From Blastocystis sp. Blastoise (lineage: Eukaryota > Protista > Bigyra: Opalinata), in contig JBBPEB010000005.1 in the NCBI GenBank assembly GCA_039096225.1, positions 496,001 through 560,000 of the forward strand: DNA of 64,000 nt. The letters run 5' to 3'. The notes under the pieces were generated by a model. The model was not told where the DNA came from and made no database searches. It saw only the letters and a list, made by a program, of their open reading frames with translations. A program made the translations under genes and the position numbers. Of this stretch, positions 43,816 through 59,901 are shown piece by piece. Numbering within the stretch: position 1 is the first letter of the stretch; the number at the start of each line of letters is the position of its first letter.

Positions 43816-46497
43816 TCATTACTATATATATGAGAATAGGCAAAAAAATTCCCATTGGTCAGTTTTTGGAAAATGCATTTGATTGGCTACTATATACTAT
43901 AGTTTGTCGCCGCAACTCCTCTAAACTTACGGGGAGTTAACTTTTGAGTGAAACACAGTTCAATAGGATATAACATGTAGTTGTGCACCATATATTTGGT
44001 TAAGCGATATAATTAATAATTAAAAAGATATTAATAAAAGAACAGAAAACATGATTTTTGAGTCGTTTTTGATTGGCTCTTTGGGGTGACCCCGATAAAA
44101 ATTGTTGACCAGACAATTGGAAAATAAACATGGGGTAAACTTGATTTTTTCTCAATCCCACAATATACGTTATCCGTGTTTATTCTTTATATTTATCTAT
44201 TTTTTAATACTTTTTCATATTGAACACGTGAGGCCTTAACGGTCAAATTTAGATTCTTATTTTGACATGATATTCTGATTCAGGAGGTCGAAAAACCTAG
44301 GTGTACCAATTTTGAGTTCCTGAGGACGATTTTTGAGTGATCGATATTTTCTTCGATCTTCTTATAATGGACTAATATTGTATAATGGTAATCAATAGGT
44401 CCTCAAACTACTATAGTTAAAACAAGGTCTTAAAATAATGAGTTTGAGTGTCACAATTTTGAAAAATGTGAATTAAGTGGTCTTAGAGGATAAGATTCAA
44501 TATAATGACTTTTGTTTAGTAAACTAGAGATAATACTCTATTCTATGTTAAAAGGAGAGTCAAAATTATGATGGTCAAAGTGTATCACCAAATGACAAAA
44601 TGTGTCTTAAAAAGTAAAAGTGTTTGCATATGTGTATAGAATCATGTATTAAGTATATTCTATGAATAAGAACTTTAAATAAATAGTTTAAGGTTGCCAA
44701 ATTTAAATAAATGTGTAAAACATAGTCTTAAACTATGAATAAAAAATTTATAGATTTTAATTAGTGTACAGCTGTAGTAGCTCTACAACATATCAAAAGT
44801 GCAAAGAAAATAATTTTTAGAGAGTGGATGTGTGAGGTGTTGTGAGAGTTATTAAAAATTTATTTTTACTTCAGTTTATTTAAAATCGTGAATTTCGTGC
44901 ACTGTAGAAAAATTGAGTCAAAAAATCAACTCTAAGGGTCTTAAATTTAAAAAAATGTAAAAATGAGTGACTTAGAGGACGAGATTCAAAATAAGAGTGT
45001 TTATTCATTAAACTAGAGTGTATGAGCTATATTATGTTAAAAGAAGGGACGAAAATGTTTTGATCAAAGTGTATGACCAAATGGTAAAGTGTCCTTAAAA
45101 AGTCTAAAGTGTTGACTAATGTGCTTATAGAGTCATATAAAGTCTACTATGTAAATATTAGCTTTTAAAAATATGTTTAAGCCTTTCAATTAGTAAAAAT
45201 ATGTTCAAAGAGAGTCATAAAATGAGAGTTTTAAGAAACGAGATATTGTTCAGTATACACTAAGAGACACTCTACAACATATCAAAAATATAGCAAAAAC
45301 TATTTTTAGAGACTGGATGTGTGAAGGGTTGTGAGAGTTATTGAAAAAATATTTTTACTTCAGTTTATCCAAAATCGTGTTTTTGGAACACTGTAGAAAA
45401 ATTAACTTCAAAAATCAACTCTAAGGGTCTTAATTTTAAAAAATGTGAAAATGATTGACTTAGAGGACGAGATTCAAAATTCCCCATCGCTTTCATATAA
45501 TTAGACAACACACTCTATATTATGTCAAAAGGAGGGATGAAAATATTTTGGTCGAAGTAAATGAGCAAATGCAAAAGGTTTACAAAATGTTTTAAAGTGA
45601 TCACCAATGTGTAGCTATGGTCATATTAAGTAAAGTGTGTAAATATTAGCATTTAAAAATGAGTTTAAGTGTGTCAACTTTTCATAATGTGTCAAAAAGG
45701 GTCTTTAAGAAAGAGATTCAAAACATTTACTTTTATTTAATAAATAGTATGATAAACTCTATATTATATCAAAAGACTGACGGAAACTGTTTTGATACAG
45801 TGGATCTTGAATGGGTAAAGTCTATTTAAAAGTTACTATTTTGAGTTATTTATGTTAAAATCATTATTTGAGACGAATATAAAAATATTAACTTTTTAAA
45901 TAATGTTTTAGTTGTCAAAGTTAGAATGAATGCTGACTTTGTTATGATTAAAGCTTTCTAATTCTTTTAAAAAGTATTAAAATGAGTTAAAATTATTATA
46001 TTATGCTTATTTAAATGAATTTTATGAATTAAAAATACTTTACACTACTTCACATTGGTACTCATTTCTAAAGTTATTGACTTTAAAAACTCAAAGAATG
46101 TTTTAAACAGTTGTTTAATTATTACTAAATACAAAATATATTTTAAAAATAAATTGTTGTGAAAAAATTGACTTAGAAAGTGATTTTAATTAAACAATAA
46201 TTTTTTTCTCTTTTTTAATTTCTTATTTAAAAAGTCTAAAATAATCTTATATCAGGAATTGAACCTGATTACAATCATAAAATAATTGTAACTCTCCATA
46301 TAGAGTATAAGAAATTAATATTTAATAAATAATAAATAATATATATAATATATAATATATAATATATAATAAATGACTCATATTAAAAACTATATATATA
46401 TAATATATAAGATAAAAGATAATAAATATTTTTTATATACTCTTTATGCAGCCGCGGTCCGGGGCCGTTAGGCACTGGACCTGCGGCGTGACCCTAG
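43816..46497 (+). mobile_element. Non-autonomous Helitron, family A (2682 bp)
   Basis: TC...hairpin-CTAG; the empty site at 10369/10370 shows A^T insertion with no TSD; about two more 244-bp units than the 15259 copy. Confidence 0.93.
46245..46312 (-). ncRNA. mascRNA-like tRNA-like structure (3'-proximal class)
   Basis: Reverse complement: TCTTATA CTCT ATATGG AGAG TTACAATTA TTTTA TGATTGTAA TCAGG TTCAATT CCTGA TATAAGA. Confidence 0.75.
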
Positions 46498-47283
46498 TAT
46501 AGAATAATATATTAACAAATTATTCAAATTATCTTTTGTGAACAAATAAATAAATGAATATACACAAAAACATTACTTTTAAGCAATAAGAACGATTAGA
46601 ACGATGATCATAATGGAAATGAATATTTATTTAAAAAATAGCATCTTACTTTCAAGTAATAGAAATTAAAAGACAATTTTTTAAATATACAAGACAAATT
46701 AAGATATTCTTTATACGAGAAATCACTAAATAAAATTACTACAAATGTATTCATTTCAATTATCTTACAATATACAAATATTATTCTGTTCTGTGACCTA
46801 TGACTGCCTTATTTTGAGTTACATCTGTTCTCTAAATGGAAAAGTGTTCCATTTATGTGTCATTTGATGAGATTATATTTGTAGTTTATTATCTCTTTCC
46901 ACATTAAAAGTCATTTGTGATTAATAACGGTAGAATATGGTAGAGAATAAGTAAAAAATAGGAAGTTATTCAAATTAGCCATGCTTATAATCCTTTATTA
47001 TATCTCTAACATTGGTAAGCACGAGTCTAATATAATAGTCATGATGTTTTAATTTATAATAGAATACTACTAAAGTAAATGTTGACCAATTATTATATCC
47101 AATTATCAAAATTTTATACTGGAAGTGTGAGAAATAATATAATGAATGTAAAAATATATTAAAACTATTTAAGAAATATGTCCTGGCTATTTAGAACAAG
47201 AATAAAAATTTTGCAAATACTTTTTTAGAAAAAAGAAACTCCATGTACCTTGCCCATCTCTACATAAAAGATTTAAAAAAAAA

Positions 47284-50200
47284 GAGAGAAAAATTCCAGA
47301 CAATAGTTTGACTATTTTTCAACTCCAGACAACAAAACTATAGGGAATCTAAATTATCGCGGAAATAATGACATTTTGGCAGAACATTTAAATTGAGTCT
47401 AAAGAAAAATCAAATATAGACAGGTTATTTGTTATATATTTAAATACAGGCTATATAAGTGTTCTATTCAGATATAATGATTAAAAAATACGAATCAATG
47501 TTTAAAGAACAAAATTTTTCTAATATTTATTCAACATTAGACCCCATTATTGTAGTATATGTCTTTAATATATGTTATTTAATTAATAAACACGTATAGG
47601 CATCTGATCATAGTGATAGACGAACAAATCCGTTAACTTCAACAACAGCCAGTGGATTGCAGTATGCAGATGGAAAGCTAAGAACAAAGGTAGATGATTC
47701 CAACAATTGTAATGGGTTCTACAGAGTGACTGATACTCCTAAATATATATTGTATAAAAATTTAATATTCGCTCAAATGAATGGCATTCCCAATGTGATA
47801 GACTCTTTGGATGAAGTTGAGATTTTTATTCGTAAGTATAGTCATGATATGGGCTACTCATTAAGAGTAATCAGAAGTTCAAGTATGAACATTATTTATG
47901 GATGCCCAATTAAGATGTGCAACTTCGTTTGTGAATATAGATATGAAAAAGGTTCGTTTAATTTAGTCAAATATCACATACATGATACAAACGTATATAT
48001 ATCTATTTATTAGTATTAATTTATATTTTTTCTTCTTTATATATAATTAATATCCTTAATTTAGTTCTGCAAAAGTACGGTGTCTCACACACTTTCACCT
48101 TTATTGACTTTGTTATTAACTTTTATAAAATAAAAATAACATCATAAAATCCAGAACACAATTCTGAAAATGACTGTTAAAGAAATTTTTCAAAAACTCT
48201 AAATTTCTGGCTAAAAAACGGAAAAAACCATTTTCGCACAAAATTTTAACCAAATCTATTGGATTATTTTTATTTTATCCAATATTTTTCATTTTTATAA
48301 AAACACTTATTTTTCGTTTTTCATTTTTTATTGTTTTCTTATTTTTCCTATATCACTTCACATACTCTATATTTATTTTTATAAAATTGACTTTTATTGA
48401 CGGGTTAGTCTTATAAATAGTTTTGACGGGTGAATTTGTTTATATTTACAACTTGACAACATATCAATACACACATCACTAACTATAAACTCTAAAATGG
48501 TTTCAGTTGTTATGATACTGACCTCAACTACTCTGAAACCACAATAATTCCTTTAAATAACAACAAAAGTCAAACTGATATCCGACACATTCCTTCTTTA
48601 TAAACTTATTTGAGCTTTAATGTATTTATTTAACTCTGTATCCGTCATAAATATGTTTTATATTTTAATAATATGTTTTAATAAGAAAATATTTGATAAT
48701 AGAAATTTTGATGTTTTGATAGTATAGTTTGTTATTCGTCTTTCTCCTTGAGTTTTGGGTATTTTTTAAAAATAAAAGTATAATTATAATTAAGATAAGC
48801 TATTGCAGATACATATTTTTTATTTTATCTAAATATTTAATATTGACTGAGAAACATTCATTTATATGAAAAACATAAAAATGAAAATTTTCAAAAAAGG
48901 GTATAGTTTGTTATTGTGATTTCTCAATCAATTCTTAATAAAATAAAAAAGTTAGAACATATTTAGAAACTAGACATGTCATAGCAGATACATATTTTTC
49001 ATTTTTTTAATTAATTGAAAACTCAGGTGACAAGAGTCAATAGTTGAACTCAATAAAAAATGACTTTCAAAAAATTTTCTTAAAAAGTTTTCATTTGTTT
49101 TTTGTTTATATTTTCATCATTAACAATTTTATTTGACATTTGACTTTATATTTAAAAACTACATACCAAAATAAACATATTTTACAATTTTATTTTGTTT
49201 TTAAAAGACTTTGACAACAGATCACCAGACAATGTTAACTCAATAAACTCTTAAAACGTTTTAATACGTGTTCAGAACCACTCATAGACACTGTACGTGA
49301 CTTATTTGAAAAAGTTAAGACAACATGTTGAACTGATACTGACAATGTTTGTCTTAAAAAGTAAGTTATGAGTCATTATGAGTTGTATATGTCATAAATA
49401 AGCTTAAAATAAATAAATTTGTTTTTAATTGTCTTTAATTAGTGAAATAAGTCGTTTAAAAAGAAGAAAGCATTTTTGATACTATAGTTTATTTTGACAA
49501 TTTTTCCATCAATATTAATTTTTAAAAAATAAATAAAACTTATTTATAAACTAGACAAACTATAGTTTATAAATTTATAAAAATATTATCAAAATATAAA
49601 ATAACTTTTGAGATAAAAAATTATATATGCAAAACATAAAAAAAATAATTTTTGAAAAAAGGGTATACTTTATAACATTAATTTCTCAGTCAATATTTAA
49701 TTATTTTAAATAATTTTAACAAATTAATATAGAGAATAATATATATTAACGATATAAATTTTAACATTTAAAATTAATTAAGAAATGAGTTCAGTAGAGT
49801 CAATAGTATAACATGTTAAAAAACTGAAAATTGAAAAATCATTTTTCTCAAAATTTTCTGAAAGTTGACAAATCAAATTCATATTTGACAATTAATTTTT
49901 TTATTTTTGAAAACTAGACTACATATGTATTACATTTCTCAAAAAAATGGTCAAAAGTGGAGTTGACGAGTGAATGAGTATATGCACATGTTGACTCATA
50001 ATTTTGAAAAAAGTAGTTAAATATGTCCTAAATCACATATCAAAGCAATTCTATAAATATTATCACTTTATAATGAGTTTAAAGGGTAAAATAATTTTGA
50101 ATTGTCTGTTTGACTGTCTTAAGTGAAGAGATTCAATACACTTTTTATAAAAATGAGTATTAGAGTGTTTAATGTTTATAATAATAAAAGAATTGTTTGA

Positions 50201-52184
50201 AATAAAGGTGGTTGTGTGTTTGACCAAAATGTTAAAATGAGTCTATTTTTCTAAAATGGTTACAATAAGTATATATTGAGTGTTTTTAGAGTGTTTCATA
50301 TTAAAATCTACAATAAATAAACATTTTAAGTTGTTCAAAAAATTATTTTTTTAGAATTACAATAGTTAAGTCAAGAGATTCAAGTCACTTTTTATAATAA
50401 TAATAAATAGACTTATTATAGAATATAAAATATTAAAAATTAGTTTAATTAAACATGGTTGACTGTTTGATAGGAGTGTTAAAATGGGTAAAAAGATTTT
50501 AATTGTTTCTAAAACTGTATAATACGTTTTTATGTTACTAAATACAAAATTATTATTGTTTAAAGAATGTTTTTTGTCTTTCAAAAGAACTCATTCTTTG
50601 TAATTGTGACTTTAAACAAAAGAGATTCAAGTTATTTTTTACAAATTAAAATAACAAATTCAATACATGTGTATATTAGCATAAAATTAGTTAAAATAAA
50701 AGTGAGTATATGTATTTAAAAACGTTCAGTCTTTTAGAGTTTTTTTATGATAACTTATTTGTTTTAGAAGCTATATTGTATGTATAATAGGTAAAGTTTC
50801 CAAAGTATTTAAATCTATTTAGTTATGAAATGAAATGTAATTTTTGTTTTATATTTTAGTTTTTATTTCTTATTTCTAGAATGATTTTGATAACACTATA
50901 AAAATTGAATTAAATTTGAATTAATTAATTTTAAATAATGAAAAGATAATTTCTCTATAAATATTCTCTTTTACTTAAAACGAATAGATTCTATTAATGA
51001 TAAATATTAAAATAAGACTCTAATTTTTTTGTTTATTATATAAAGTAATAAATATCTTTTAATTATTAAGAGTATTTTTGTATTAATAATTCAAACTAAA
51101 ATAAGTATAATAAAAGAAAAATTATAATATTTATCAAATAATATCAAGATATGATTACTATTTATATAATTAAACATTTATTAATTGAGAAAAGCTGTAT
51201 AATAAAATTTCTAAAATATTTATATAATAGTATATATAAAAGGAAAGGATAAAATATAAAAAAACAAATAGATATCAAAATTATAATATTTTAAAAAATA
51301 AAACAAAACAATATATGAAAAGAATAAAAAAGAATATATAATATTTTTTTAGACAAGAGAATAAGCTATTTCTCACAATAATAATTATATAGACTAATTC
51401 AAATAAAACATAAATATTTAAAGGTAGGGTATAAGTGATAATAATATGTTTTAAAAGAAAAAGTATTTTATAATCATATTGATATTATTTAAAATACTAA
51501 ATATTTATAAAACTAAATGAATTGATAAAATACATAGAAAGTTATAAATGAAATAACAAAGAAAAGTGAATTAATATTGAAAACTAAAAACTAAATAGAA
51601 ATAGAAATAGAAATAGAAATAGAAATAGAAATAGAAATAGAAATAGAAATAGAAATAGAAATAGAAATAGAAATAGAAATAGAAATAGAAATAGAAATAG
51701 AAATAGAAATAGAAATAGAAATAGAAATAGAAATAGAAATAGAAATAGAAATAGAAATAGAAATAGAAATAGAAATAAGATCAAAAATAAAACACAAGAG
51801 TTAATTAATTATCATTGATAAACAATAAATATATATAATCAATAATAAAAATGGCTAAAAAGAATATTAAAAAAAAAAAGGAAATAATACTCAAAAACAT
51901 ATAGAATGTTAAGTAAGAATTATCAATATGTATGAATTAAATTATTTAAAACACTAAATTGAAAATTAAGATTAGAAGATAACAATTAAAAGCAATTGAA
52001 ATAATATTTTATAAAATATGAAATAGTTTTAATCCTAAAAATAAATAAAAACAGAAATGAATAACAAAAACATAAGAATAAATATTCATTTTTAAAAATT
52101 CAATGTAAGATATAACAATTGAGAGATAATAATTATCTAAACTCAAGCGTAGGCTGGCGTAGCCAGTCGTGAAACGCTTGTATA

Positions 52185-52241
<57 letters not shown>

Positions 52242-52391
52242 CTCTATTATATCTATTATATCTATTATATCTATTATATCTATTATATCTATTATATCTA
52301 TTATATCTACTATTATGTTTATTGTCTTTTATATTATGATTATAACTACTACTATTATTATATCCACCGTTTTTATTGTTATTATATCTTC

Positions 52392-52468
<77 letters not shown>

Positions 52469-52690
52469 TATAGTCAATTAATAGGAACAGATTTTTTGAT
52501 TTTATCAAATCCACCAATATGGCCACCATTATATGCTATTAGAAAAAGAGGACCAAGTAGAAAAAATAGATACAAAAAGATTTGTGAGAAGAAAAGAACT
52601 TTTTCTGCCAAAAAACGTTATTGTAGAAGGTCGTTTGAAGAAAAAGTGAATATTTTTGATTTTTCCAAATTTGATAAGTTTAGTAATTAA
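47284..52690 (+). mobile_element. Mutator-like element with internally deleted transposase (ATG 47477, DNA-binding exon to ~47991, C-terminal exon ~52473-52690); right end not seen
   Basis: MuDR-type C2H2 DNA-binding domain plus the basic PP..RKRGP.RK.R tail typical of MULE transposase C-termini; no DDE or SWIM exons in between. Confidence 0.62.
48053..52180 (+). mobile_element. Non-autonomous Helitron, family B (4128 bp, uninterrupted)
   Basis: A|TCCTTAATTTAG ... hairpin 52144-52180 ending CTTG|T. Confidence 0.72.
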
Positions 52691-55567
52691 TATATCCTTT
52701 AATTATTATTATATACTATATTAATATCCTTAATTTAGTTCTGCAAAAGTACGGTGTCTCACACATTTTCACCTTTATTGACTTCGTTATTAACTTTTAT
52801 AAAATAAAAATAATATCATAAAATCCGGAACACAATTCTAAAAATGACTGTTAAAATTATTTTTCGAAAACTCTAAATTTCTGGCTAAAAAACGCAAAAA
52901 ACCATTTTCGCACAAAATTTTAACCAAAATTATTGGATTATTTTTATTTTATCCAATATTATTCATTTTTATAAAAACACTTATTTTTCCATTTTCATTT
53001 TTTATTGTTTTCTTATTTTTCCTATATCACTTCACATACTCTATATTTATTTTTATAAAATTGACTTTTATTGACGGGTTGGCCTTATAAATAGTTTTGA
53101 CGGGTAGATTTGTTTATATTTACAACTTGACAACATATCAATACACACATTACTAACTTTAAACTCTAAAATGATTACATTCGTAATGCAAATGACTTTA
53201 ACTACTCTGAAATAGCAATAATTCCTTTAAATAACGACAAAAGACAAACTGATATCCAACACATTCCTTCTTAATAAACTTATTTGAGCTTTAATGTATT
53301 TAGTTAACTCTATATCCGTCATAAATATGTTTTATATTTTAATAATATGTTTTAAAAGAGAAATATTTGTTTATAAAAATTTTTCATCTTTGATACCCAA
53401 TTTTGTTATCATCAGATCTCAGTCAATATTCAACATATAATAATAATAAAAACATATGTGTAAACAAGACAACCTAAATATCATCCGTTTTTTATATTTT
53501 TGTTTAATATCCAATATTGACCGAGATATGTTAATTTATATTAAAAACATAAAAATGAAATTTTTCTAAAAATGGTATGTTTTGTTATCATCAGATCTCA
53601 GTCAATATTTTATAAAATAAAAAGGTTAAAGCTTATTTAGATATAAGACGACCTAAATATCATCCGTTTTTGTCATTTTTTCAAAATATTAAAAAATGAA
53701 CTCACAGGAGACAAGAGTTGAACTCAATAAAGAAAAGACTTTTGAAACTTTTCTCAAAAATGTTTCATTTGTTTTTTGTTTATATTTTCATCATTAACAA
53801 GCATATTTGACATTTGACTTTATGTTTAAAAACTACATACCAAAATAAACATATTTTATTATTTTCTTTTGTTTTTAAAAGACTTTGACAACAGATCACC
53901 AGACAATGTTAACTTAATAAACTCTTAAAACGTTTTAATTTGTGTTTAGAATCACTCATAGACACTGTATGTGACTCATTTACAAAAGTTAAGAACATGT
54001 TGAACTGATACTGACAATGTTTGTTCTAAAAAGTTAGTTATGAGTCATTATGAGTATAAAATGTTATAAATAAGCTTTAAATAAATTAATTAATTTTTAT
54101 AAGTCTTTAATTAGTGAAATAAATCGTTTAAAAAAAGAAAGCATTTTTGATACTATAGTTTATTTTGACAATTTCTCCATCAATATTAATTTTTAAAAAA
54201 TAAATAAAACTTATTTATAAACTAGACAACCTATAGTTTATATATTTATAAAATTAATATCTAAATATAAAATAACTTTTGAGAAAAAAAATTATATATG
54301 CAAAACATAAAAAAATTAATTTTTGAAAAAAGGGTATACTTTATAACATTAATTTCTCAGTCAATATTTAATTATTTTAAATAATTTTAACAAATTAATA
54401 CAGAGAATAACACATATTAATAATATAATTTTTAATATTTGAGATTAATAAAAAAATGAGTTCAGTAGAGTCAATAGTGTAACATGTTAAAAAACTGAAA
54501 ATTGAAAAATCTTTTTTCTCAAAATTTTCAGAAAGTTGACAAATCAAATTCATATTTGACAATTAATTTTTACATATTTGATAACTACACGTTATGTGTA
54601 TTGCATTTCTAAAAAAATCTGTCAAAAAAAAGTTTGAAGAGTGAATGAGTAAATGGAAATGTTGGCTCATGATTTTAAAAAACACTGTTATTCATGTCAT
54701 AAATATCATATTTAATACAAATCACTAATATTAGCTTTTTACGGTATGTTTATGTCGTAAAAAAGTAGTAATTTGTTTGTTTGACTGTCTTATGTCAAGA
54801 GATTCAAGACAATTTTTGTAGAAATGAATATAAAAGTATTAATTGAGTCTTAGTACGACTACAATTGTTGAAATAAACGTGATAAAAAAATAGACAAATT
54901 TTGAAATTGACCATATCTTTATAAATATATTCCAATCGCGTAAAAGTCATTGTATATATGATATAAAAACGTTTTTTTTACATATATAAATTTACTTGGG
55001 GTCATAAACACTTATCATTCTTATTGATTGTCAAGAATTTTTCAATTATTTATAACATGATTAACAAAAATTCGTTTGAAATTGTTAGTGTAGCTGTTTT
55101 GTTACAACATTACTATATAGAAATACACAAATTGAATAAACAAATCGTTAAGATGTCTTTATTACTTAAAAAAGTTATTAATTACTGTTAAATATTTCTT
55201 TTTATATTGTATTATTTAAATATCTTTATATAAGTTTATGTTCGTAAAGTAGAAGATTAATGAATTCTGACTTTTTATATTAAAATTTTTATTCATGTTT
55301 TCTTGATTCTAATAGAATACTCATTTTAATGTTTATATTCAAATAAATAAAAAAGAATGACACTCTTTTATCTGCCCATTCAGTCTGATCTTGAAAAATA
55401 TACTACTTTTAAGACCTAGAAATATTTATTCGAAATTATGACATTAGTGAGAAGTTCATTTCATAAATTATTGTTTAAAATAATATACATATAATTACCG
55501 AATTAAGAGAAAATCTTCAATATGAATAATATATAAATATCTAGATTCTGTAAAACAATATTTTGTA

Positions 55568-55635
55568 ATCTATATCAGGGTTTGAACCTGATAGTAATTC
55601 ATAATAAAATTACTGCTCCCATACTGAGCATAGAT
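55568..55635 (-). ncRNA. mascRNA-like tRNA-like structure in Helitron family B
   Basis: Reverse complement: ATCTATG CTC AGTATGG GAG CAGTAATTT TATTAT GAATTACTA TCAGG TTCAAAC CCTGA TATAGAT. Confidence 0.7.
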
Positions 55636-56598
55636 ACAGCCAAATGATATATTTATAAAAAGTAATATAGATAAAGAAATAAATACTAAATGATAAATAT
55701 ATAGAAAAAACAGCATCAAATAAAATTAGAAAACAGTACAACCATATACTAATAAATACTCAATAACAACATCTTTAATGAGTAGTATAAATAGAAGATC
55801 TAAATAAATTAATTGATAGCCATTTAAAATCAAAACAATAATAAATGAGATGATAAAACTAATAAAGAATAAATTAATAATTAATACAGAAATAATACAA
55901 TCAATAATTATAAAAAATTTCAACGATAGACAAAAATAGCTACTAAATCAAAAAAATATTATGATTAAGAAGAAACAATCATAAATAAAAAAATACAAAA
56001 AAATCAAACGTGATAAAGTAAAAGACTAATAAATAAAGACTAAATAATCAAATCTAAAGAATAAAAATAACAAAAATAAATAAATAGCAATTAGTAAAAC
56101 TGACAAAACATCTACATCTAACCACTGAAGAAGAAGAAAATCAAAATAAGGAAAACGTTCATGAAGTCTAAATCACAGCTTGAGTTTCATACATCATTTT
56201 GGATACAGAATTAACACAACATCAATAACAAATAATTATGAACATCTGGACAAACTCTGAATTAATTTTTTAAGCAGTAGAACAATACTAACTCATTCTA
56301 CTACAGAAGTTACTAATATTTATCAATAATTTTGACATACTATTCTAGGATAGCAATAGCAATTAGTTGATAACCATCATAGATTCATAGACATCATTGT
56401 TAACGTTAAGAAAATCAACAGTGACAATAGATAACTTAAAAAATTAATATTGAAAAAAAACAAGTTTTAAATTTTTTAAGAAAGTCAGTTTAAATAATTG
56501 TGAATAATTTAAATTATTGTTTGAAGTTTTGTTTTTCCCCGTTTATCAATAATAATTGTATATGAAAATAAGAAAAGATCACTCATATTTATTTATGT

Positions 56599-57898
<1,300 letters not shown>

Positions 57899-59833
57899 TC
57901 ATTACTATATATATGAGAATAGGCAAAAAAATTCCCATTGGTCAGTTTTTGGAAAATTCATTTGATTGGCTACTATATACTAGAGTTTGTACCCACAACT
58001 CCTCTAAACTTACGGGAAGTTAACTTTTGGTTGAAACACAGTTCAATACGATATAAGCTGTAGTTGTGCACCGTATATTTGGTTAAGCTATATTGTTTAT
58101 AATTAAAAAGTTATTAATAAAAAAACAGAAAACATGATTTTTGAGTCATTTTTGATTGGCTCTTTGGGATCATCCCGATAAAAATTGTTGACCAGACAAT
58201 TGGAAAATAAACATGGGGTAAACTTGATTTTTTCTCAATCCCACAATATACGTTATCCGTGTTTATTCTTTATATTTATCTACTTTTTAATACTTTTTCA
58301 TATTGAACACGTGAGGCCTTAACGGTCAAATTTAGATTCTTATTTTGACATCATATTCTGATTCAGGAGGTCCAAAAACCTAGGTGTACCAATTTTCAGC
58401 TCCTGAGGACGATTTTTGAGTGATCGATATTTTCTTCGATCTTCTTATAATGGACTAATATTGTAGCATAGTAATCAATAGGTCATCAAACTACTATAGT
58501 AGAAACAGAGTCTTAAATTAATGAGTTTGAGTGTCACAATTTTGAAAAATGTGAATTAAGTGGTCTTAGAGTGAGAGATTCAATATAATGACTTTTATTT
58601 AATAAACTAGACTTATAACTCTATACTATATTAAAAGGAGAGTCAAAATTATGAAGGTCAAAGTGTATGACCAAATGACAAAATGTGTCTTAAAAAGTAA
58701 AAGGGTGTCTATATGTGTATAGAATCATATATCAAGTCTATTCTATGAATAAGAACTTTAAATAAATAGTTTAAGGTTGTCAAATTCAAAAGAATGTGTA
58801 AAACATAGTCTTAAACTTTGAATAAAAAATTTAGAGATATTAATTAGTGTGCAGCTGTAGTAGCTCTACAACATATCAAAAGTACAAAGAAAATAATTTT
58901 TAGAGAGTGGATGTGTGAAGGGTTGTGAGAGTCTTTTTAAAAATATTTTTACTTCAGTTTGAGCAAAATCGTGAATTTCGTGCACTGTAGAAAAATTAAC
59001 TTCAAAAATCAACTCTAAGGGTCTTAAATTTTGAAAAATGTAAAAATGAGTGACTTAGAGAACGAGATTCAAAATTCCATCTCACTTTTATATAACTAGA
59101 CCACACACTCTATATTATATCAAAAGGAGGGACGAAAATATTTTGGTCGAAGTAAATGAGCAAATGCAAAAGGTTCATGAAAAGTGTTGAAGTAATAACT
59201 ACTGTGTTAGTAAGGTCTATTTAGATACACTGTGTGAAAATTAACTTTTAAAAACGTTTTTAAGTTTGTCAAACACAATGAATGAGTCAAAAACGGTCTT
59301 AAGCTACGAGATTCATAAAACTGTTTTTCAGTTAATATTGTCAATAATATATTATACACTGTGTCAAAAGGTTGTCTCAAAATGTTTAGATACAGTCAAT
59401 GAATAGATGTTGAAGTATTTTATTGAATCTGAAATTTTTAGTTATTTGTCTTTAAAAAAGTGATTCATGTCGACTCTATAAAAATTAGCTTTTAAGTTAA
59501 GATTTTATTGTAAAAGTCACAATGAATGTTGAGTTCTCTTTGTTAATAACTTTTTCTTTTTAAATATATTATTGATTTGATTCCAAATTCACTATTTAAG
59601 CGAATATAATAGTTTTTATGTAAATCAAAGTATTAAACACTTTTCACATTGTGACCCATTTCTGTTGCTGTGATATTTGAAAAGTTGAAAAATATGCATA
59701 AAGTCGCTATATAATAAATAAAATTAAAATAAATTGTTTTAAAGAAGAAAATATTAAAAAAAAATTATTAAAAGTGATAATATATGTATATTAAAAAAAT
59801 ATATATATAGATAAAAAGAGAAGAATCATAAAG

Positions 59834-59901
59834 CCTTAAGTCAGGAATTGAACCTGATAATAGTTCAAAAAGAACTATTACTCTCCATTTAGAGCTTGGG
59901 G
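59834..59901 (-). ncRNA. mascRNA-like tRNA-like structure (5'-proximal class)
   Basis: Reverse complement: CCCCAAG CTCT AAATGG AGAG TAATAGTTC TTTTT GAACTATTA TCAGG TTCAATT CCTGA CTTAAGG (two C.A mismatches in the acceptor stem). Confidence 0.7.

Larger units (their letters stand above)
43184..47262. mobile_element. Non-autonomous hAT element, copy 2, interrupted by Helitron A
   Basis: Same TIRs and CATAAAAG TSD (43176-43183 and 47263-47270). Confidence 0.9.
37390..52180 (+). repeat. Tandem segmental duplication, copy 2
   Basis: Collinear with 3697-18187; differs by reciprocal Helitron A insertions, microsatellite lengths and a divergent GT61 region. Confidence 0.95.
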
